IMG/VR virus record: IMGVR_UViG_3300033145_003233
Span: 310,001 to 374,000 of that record
Direction: 5' to 3' (one strand)
DNA: 64,000 bases
The position numbers were made by a program, and so were the translations under genes. The notes under the pieces are model-generated. The model was not told the origin of the DNA. It made no database searches and was given only the letters and a program-made list of their open reading frames with translations. Below are positions 59,355 through 64,000 of this stretch, one piece after another; within the stretch, counting starts at the first letter, position 1, and every line of letters begins with the position of its first letter.

Positions 59355-61244
59355 TTAAAAATCCTTGCATATATCAATCTTAAATGGAGATAAACTATAT
59401 CTCTTCCTTCTATGTGTAGCTTCATCCATAATGCTATGCCAAACTTTTATTGCTTCTTTAGTAGATGACACTGAATTAGGAGACCCTACTGGATGTTGAC
59501 GATACTTATAACACACTCTATTCACGAACATGCCAGGTCCAAATTCTTCTAATCTATACCCCATAAATTTATCAACCCCGCATTTTAATTTTCTATTAAA
59601 TAATTTACGAGGTTTTTCTATTTTATAATTAAATGTTCTCCAGTGACCAAAACCATGAACTCTTTTTTTACCGATATCGAGTAAACAATCTGACCCAGAC
59701 GGAGCAGAACAAAATCCTTTTCTTTTCTTATTCATCTTCATATCACATATTTGAAATTGGGTATATATCCATGCAACATCAGGATACTTATTATATAATT
59801 TCATTATAAATTCCACCGAATCATCTACCAAAGCATCATCAGCATCCACCACCCCAAAAAAAGAACCAGTAGCCGAATTAAACAAATTATGATATGATGC
59901 TCCACAATATAATCGTTGTGGACTTTTAACTAATTTAAATTCTATATCATTTTTAGAAAAATCTTCTTGCATTGTCTTTATTAATTGAGAAGTGCCATCA
60001 TTGGAACAATCATCAGCAAATACCACTTCTAGAGGTCTATATTTTTGTTTAAGAATAGAATGATGCCAATCCATTAAATAAGGAACCTTATTAAAACTTG
60101 ATGTCAAAATGCTAAATTTATCATTATCTCTTTTCGTTTTTACGCTTGCTATGGATGGTTTCTCATCTATTATCTTCACTGGAGCATAATCATCTTTAAT
60201 GCCGCATAATTTATTAATGACACTAATATAGCCTCTAGCCATATATTTAGCATCCAGCTGTTCTTTAAAATATTCTTTCGTACTTATCTTAAGCCTCTCC
60301 AACTTATCAGGATTTTTTATTAAATTAGATAATATCTTTTTGGCTCTTTTTCTATCACTAAAAATATATCCATTAACTCCATGTTTTATGATTTCTTTAT
60401 TGCCATAATTATCGCTACAAACAACAGGAATACCACACGCCATAGCTTCCAAGATTGCCATACTAATACCTTCATCCCTGTTTGTCTCATAAAGAAAAAT
60501 GTCCCAATCTTTCATCATAGCAACTTTTGTTTTAAAATCATTAACTCCTCCCAACATTTGTACTTCATTTTTTCCCCGCTTAGTCATATTCCTAGAACGT
60601 CTATGCCCAGATACTTTATCTCCTATATAATGATGAATCAACCGGCATGGTAAATCAACCTCCGCACACCATTTCAGCCATCCGTCAGAATGCTTCCAGC
60701 TACATACCCTATTGATCCTACCAGTAAGCAAAGCTCCCTTCTTATTCATCCCCCTTGGAGTTATAGGCTCATATCTTTCTTGATTCACCCCATTGTAGAT
60801 AAAACAATGTTTAAGATGAGGATACCATTTACCAAGTTGACGATTCATATTATCGCTTACACCTATCATCAAATCTAATTCCCTCAATCTACCCCATGAA
60901 GTTGTTTTAAATAAAGTATGGTTTATAGCTATAACCTTAGCTTTAGTCCCTTTTTTTATTTGCCTTACAAGATTAACACTAGAATTGGCTAGTTTATGAT
61001 ATAATACAACAGCATTTTTATATTCAGCTATTGTATTTACTATCTTTCTTTCATCTTTCATCCTAACACACGGAACGGCAGAGGTAGAAACAAATAAACT
61101 ATTATAATATCTCTCCGTAGTATAAATAACTATTTGTTTGTGTTCAGGATGGTATTTTTTAATGGCATAATAAAGCTCAAACAACATACTCTGTGCTCCT
61201 CCCACCCCCATGTTGTCAATAATATGAAAAATACAAAAAGACAT
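59355..61244 (-). CDS. Bifunctional GT4-GT2 glycosyltransferase
   Basis: GGAQ, YNGV, EGISMAILEAMACG; then DDCSNDGT, VDADD. Confidence 0.9.
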   Translation of the reverse strand: MSFCIFHIIDNMGVGGAQSMLFELYYAIKKYHPEHKQIVIYTTERYYNSLFVSTSAVPCVRMKDERKIVNTIAEYKNAVVLYHKLANSSVNLVRQIKKGTKAKVIAINHTLFKTTSWGRLRELDLMIGVSDNMNRQLGKWYPHLKHCFIYNGVNQERYEPITPRGMNKKGALLTGRINRVCSWKHSDGWLKWCAEVDLPCRLIHHYIGDKVSGHRRSRNMTKRGKNEVQMLGGVNDFKTKVAMMKDWDIFLYETNRDEGISMAILEAMACGIPVVCSDNYGNKEIIKHGVNGYIFSDRKRAKKILSNLIKNPDKLERLKISTKEYFKEQLDAKYMARGYISVINKLCGIKDDYAPVKIIDEKPSIASVKTKRDNDKFSILTSSFNKVPYLMDWHHSILKQKYRPLEVVFADDCSNDGTSQLIKTMQEDFSKNDIEFKLVKSPQRLYCGASYHNLFNSATGSFFGVVDADDALVDDSVEFIMKLYNKYPDVAWIYTQFQICDMKMNKKRKGFCSAPSGSDCLLDIGKKRVHGFGHWRTFNYKIEKPRKLFNRKLKCGVDKFMGYRLEEFGPGMFVNRVCYKYRQHPVGSPNSVSSTKEAIKVWHSIMDEATHRRKRYSLSPFKIDICKDF

Positions 61245-61867
61245 TATGCTGCTCCATAAATAATTTTATTACCTTTTATTATATTATCTTTCGCCCACAA
61301 TGGCTGAAGATTATTTAAAGACCAACAATATTTAAATTCTACGTCATCAGTGCTTTTATATTTAAAAAATGATTTAGGGATGATATGATCAATATGCCAT
61401 TCTATTGAATTATTCCAAGACATCCCTGGCTGAAATAATTTTTCTAAATGTTCTTTTAAATCCTGAAGAGTATAACCAACAAGGAATTCCCAATGTCTAC
61501 CATTTTTAGATATGCCATTAAAATTAAGAGAATTTCTAATCCCTTTAGATATGTTCTCATTTAATCTAATTATAGGATCTTTCCTTCTCTTTGCCCAATA
61601 TTTTCTATACCATTTTGACCTACAATCTGCAATCTCTGGTCTAGATTGATATTTTCTTTTTTGAGCCATTATTTGATCTTTGTTATCTATAGCATATTTT
61701 TTTTGTTGTTCTTTAACTTTTTCTTTATTTTTTTCATAATATTCTTTCCTTTGTTCTTTAATTTTTTCTTTATTTTCTATATAATATTTCTTTCTTCTTC
61801 TCTTTATCTTTTCTTTATTTTTTTCATAATAATCTTTTTTATATTGCCTTACTTCATCTGTTCTCAT
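61244..61867 (-). CDS. HNH/EndoVII-like free-standing endonuclease with N-terminal YYEKNKEKI-type repeats
   Basis: GMSWNN..EWHIDHIIP...NLQPLW..DN..K. Confidence 0.85.
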   Translation of the reverse strand: MRTDEVRQYKKDYYEKNKEKIKRRRKKYYIENKEKIKEQRKEYYEKNKEKVKEQQKKYAIDNKDQIMAQKRKYQSRPEIADCRSKWYRKYWAKRRKDPIIRLNENISKGIRNSLNFNGISKNGRHWEFLVGYTLQDLKEHLEKLFQPGMSWNNSIEWHIDHIIPKSFFKYKSTDDVEFKYCWSLNNLQPLWAKDNIIKGNKIIYGAA

Positions 61868-62009
61868 TTTTATCCCCTCTATTCTTCTGATCTAAATATT
61901 GATCTAAGACTTGTCTTATCAAAGAAGAAGCAGATGTTTGAATTCTTTTAGCTTCTTTCTTAAAAAACCGTTTTTGTCTTTTTGTAAAATAAATTTGAGT
62001 TCTTATCAT
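61854..62009 (-). CDS. Ribbon-helix-helix (CopG-like) DNA-binding protein, 51 aa
   Basis: Not in ORF track. MIRTQIYFTKRQKRFFKKEAKRIQTSASSLIRQVLDQYLDQKNRGDKNENR*; AGGTG RBS; stop overlaps the HNH start. Confidence 0.75.
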   Translation of the reverse strand: MIRTQIYFTKRQKRFFKKEAKRIQTSASSLIRQVLDQYLDQKNRGDKNENR

Positions 62010-62021
62010 TTTAACACCTAT

Positions 62022-62043
62022 ATACATATATCATACATATATC
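62022..62043. repeat. Perfect 11-bp tandem direct repeat (candidate RHH operator)
   Basis: ATACATATATC twice, directly upstream of the RHH gene RBS. Confidence 0.55.
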
Positions 62044-62134
62044 ATATATTTCCAAGTATGCGCAAAAAACTCCTTTATTTCATTAAAAGAATAAAGCAAG
62101 AAATGATTAAAATTTCACTATTTAGAAGAATATT

Positions 62135-63154
62135 TTATCTATTGCTCAAATATTGTTGTTCAATCCAAACATATGTCTTCTCCATCCCCTCTTCTAAAGA
62201 AATTGATGGTTCCCAATTCAAGACTTGTCTAATAAAATTATTATCACTATTCCTACCCCTAACCCCCTCTGGAGCATTCAGGTCATAAATTTTCTCAACC
62301 TTAATATTAGCAATATCCTCAACAAGTGATACCAATCTATTAATAGAAACAAGTTGACTAGAACCAAGATTAATAGGAGTAGCTATTAATTTGTCACAAT
62401 GCATAATCATATCAATACCATTTAGACAATCTTCTATATATGTGAAAGTGCGTGTTTGTAACCCATCTCCCCATATAACTATTTTATGATTACTTGTAGC
62501 TTTAGCATCTATAACCTTGCGACAAATAGCAGCTGGAGCTTTTTCTCTTCCTCCTTTCCACGTTTCGAAAGGTCCATAAATATTATGAAAACGAGCAACA
62601 AAAGTTTTCATCTTGCGCTCGACCCAATATTCTTTACAAAACATTTCCGATATTAACTTTTCCCAGCCATAACCTCGTTCTGCCATCGCTGGATACGCAT
62701 CAGATTCTTTTAATGCAGTACTATCAGAATCACCTTGTAAAGAAATATTGTAAGCACATGCTGATGAAGAAAAAAAATAACGATTGACTCCGGCCTTGTA
62801 TGCCGCTTCAATCATATGTGTATTAATTAAAATGCTTCGAAGACAATCAACCCTGAATTTCTGAATAAAACCTATCCCCCCCATATCAGCAGCTAGATTA
62901 TATACTTCTACCGCTCCCTCACATACCCTAGCACAATTGTCCTTCTCTGTTAAATCTAGGCATAAAGATTCAACACCCTCTACTCTCTGATGCCATTCAG
63001 AAAGCGGTTTTTTATCCACAGCACGAATTCTAAAAAAACCTAGATTGCTGAAATACTTAACTAAAGAGCCTCCGATAAATCCACCCGCTCCGGTAATGAC
63101 AATCAAATCTTCCTTATCAAGCACATCAATAGCTTGCTTGTTTTCCCCCACCAT
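62135..63154 (-). CDS. GDP-mannose 3',5'-epimerase
   Basis: TGAGGFIG, NLAADMGG.GFI, SSACAY, YGWEKL, GGREKAPAAICRK, PEGVRGRNSDN. Confidence 0.88.
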   Translation of the reverse strand: MVGENKQAIDVLDKEDLIVITGAGGFIGGSLVKYFSNLGFFRIRAVDKKPLSEWHQRVEGVESLCLDLTEKDNCARVCEGAVEVYNLAADMGGIGFIQKFRVDCLRSILINTHMIEAAYKAGVNRYFFSSSACAYNISLQGDSDSTALKESDAYPAMAERGYGWEKLISEMFCKEYWVERKMKTFVARFHNIYGPFETWKGGREKAPAAICRKVIDAKATSNHKIVIWGDGLQTRTFTYIEDCLNGIDMIMHCDKLIATPINLGSSQLVSINRLVSLVEDIANIKVEKIYDLNAPEGVRGRNSDNNFIRQVLNWEPSISLEEGMEKTYVWIEQQYLSNR

Positions 63155-63175
63155 AATAACTCCCCCTTGAAAAAA

Positions 63176-63910
63176 TCATACCCCTTTATAAACGTTCTTC
63201 ACATATTTAGACAATATAAGATACGCCATAGTTAAGTTATCGGAATTAAAAACAAAATCTTCATACTTATAAGACGGTGACACTCTTAATAAATGACATG
63301 GAATAGTTGGCCTCACCAAATCCTCTGATATAAATTTACCAATCATTTCCATCTCTTCTTCTATCTTATCGTCAGAAAAATATAATGGGATGCTAATCTC
63401 TATATGAGGATTGGCAAAACGAATAGCCCAGTTATTACAAGCTTGTCGTATTCTATCTTTAATTACATAATGCTTAACACCAGCAATAGAATAAAATGAT
63501 TCCTCAGATCCCTTCCAATCTATATTAATAGCATCAGCTACCAAACAAATATATCTCCATGGCCTTTCCTCGACATAAGCATTAGTCTTTATAATAAACT
63601 TAAGATCATTCTTATGACATTCTTCTCCTAGTTCTATCAAAAATTCATAATGAATGGTAGGTTCATTAAATGTCATGCAAATACTATCACAATCGCTCTG
63701 TTTAGCCATAGTAACCAGCTGTAAGGGATCATAATGAAAAGACTTAACCTGCAAATCTTGCTGACTAATCTGCCAATTTTCACAATTATGAACTATGAAG
63801 CCATTAGCAACATAATTTTCATATCCTGGGACATTAAAATTATATACCTTCTGCTTCTTTTTTAATCTTTTAATAGATTTTATTTTTTTATATTCTAAAT
63901 TATCATCCAT
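63176..63910 (-). CDS. C-terminal intein fragment (IntC, 42 aa) fused to the C-extein of an AmmeMemoRadiSam/PflA-like radical SAM enzyme
   Basis: VYNFNV...NYVANGFIVHN/C (blocks F and G), then CENWQISQ, TFNEP, TNAY, NIDWKG. Confidence 0.85.
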   Translation of the reverse strand: MDDNLEYKKIKSIKRLKKKQKVYNFNVPGYENYVANGFIVHNCENWQISQQDLQVKSFHYDPLQLVTMAKQSDCDSICMTFNEPTIHYEFLIELGEECHKNDLKFIIKTNAYVEERPWRYICLVADAINIDWKGSEESFYSIAGVKHYVIKDRIRQACNNWAIRFANPHIEISIPLYFSDDKIEEEMEMIGKFISEDLVRPTIPCHLLRVSPSYKYEDFVFNSDNLTMAYLILSKYVKNVYKGV

Positions 63911-64000
63911 AATATCATTGCACTGTCTTTCTCAGAATTACATGACTCTTATCTCACTTAATTTTAAAATGGATTGATTCTTTTATATATATGATTCGAA

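Noticed and set aside
61660-61850. Repetitive T-rich tract as a DNA repeat element
   Set aside because: Explained by the YYEKNKEK(I/V)K protein repeats of the HNH endonuclease.
761-62288. Many short plus-strand ORFs in the track (e.g. 761-1078, 8930-9340, 16957-17367, 61646-61951, 61911-62288) and short nested minus-strand ORFs
   Set aside because: They lie antisense to, or out of frame within, well-supported genes, are F/L/I/S-rich mirrors of K/E-rich codons, and show no motifs.
63911-64000. 3' end of a group I intron upstream of the IntC ORF (AGATAAGAGTC loosely resembles the S element)
   Set aside because: The match is weak, no convincing P9 hairpin is present and the core would lie outside the window. 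Unsupported but not excluded.
1-64000. Stop-codon reassignment, as in some huge phages
   Set aside because: Genes are full length and densely tiled under code 11, and TAA, TAG and TGA all end genes at expected positions.
1-64000. CRISPR array, tRNA/rRNA genes, IS transposase
   Set aside because: Intergenic space is minimal and no repeat-spacer pattern, cloverleaf or transposase motif was seen by eye. tRNAscan/Infernal were not run.

Overview
AT-rich, gene-dense window with almost every gene on the minus strand, translated with the standard code and carrying GGAG/AGGTG ribosome-binding sites. About 61 kb (2195-63154) is one very large locus for nucleotide-sugar synthesis and glycan tailoring. 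It holds about 24 glycosyltransferase-like genes (GT2/GT-A, GT4/GT-B, one NodZ-like, four Maf/GT42/GT29-like), about 17 SAM methyltransferases, 2 sulfotransferases, and GDP-Man 4,6-dehydratase, GDP-Man 3,5-epimerase, UDP-GlcA decarboxylase and RmlC-like epimerase genes. It also holds three SDRs lacking the catalytic Tyr, two TPP-enzyme pairs (E1 alpha/beta; split transketolase), two NeuB synthases, three CMP-ulosonate synthetases and seven ParB/Srx-fold domains. I see no flippase, polymerase, ABC exporter, initiating transferase or any clearly membrane-spanning protein. Free-standing GIY-YIG and HNH endonucleases, a phage-type nucleotidyltransferase and an apparently split intein in a radical SAM gene suggest a huge phage or large virus genome. 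That is inference: no capsid or terminase gene lies in the window. All family calls come from motifs recognised by eye, not database searches.
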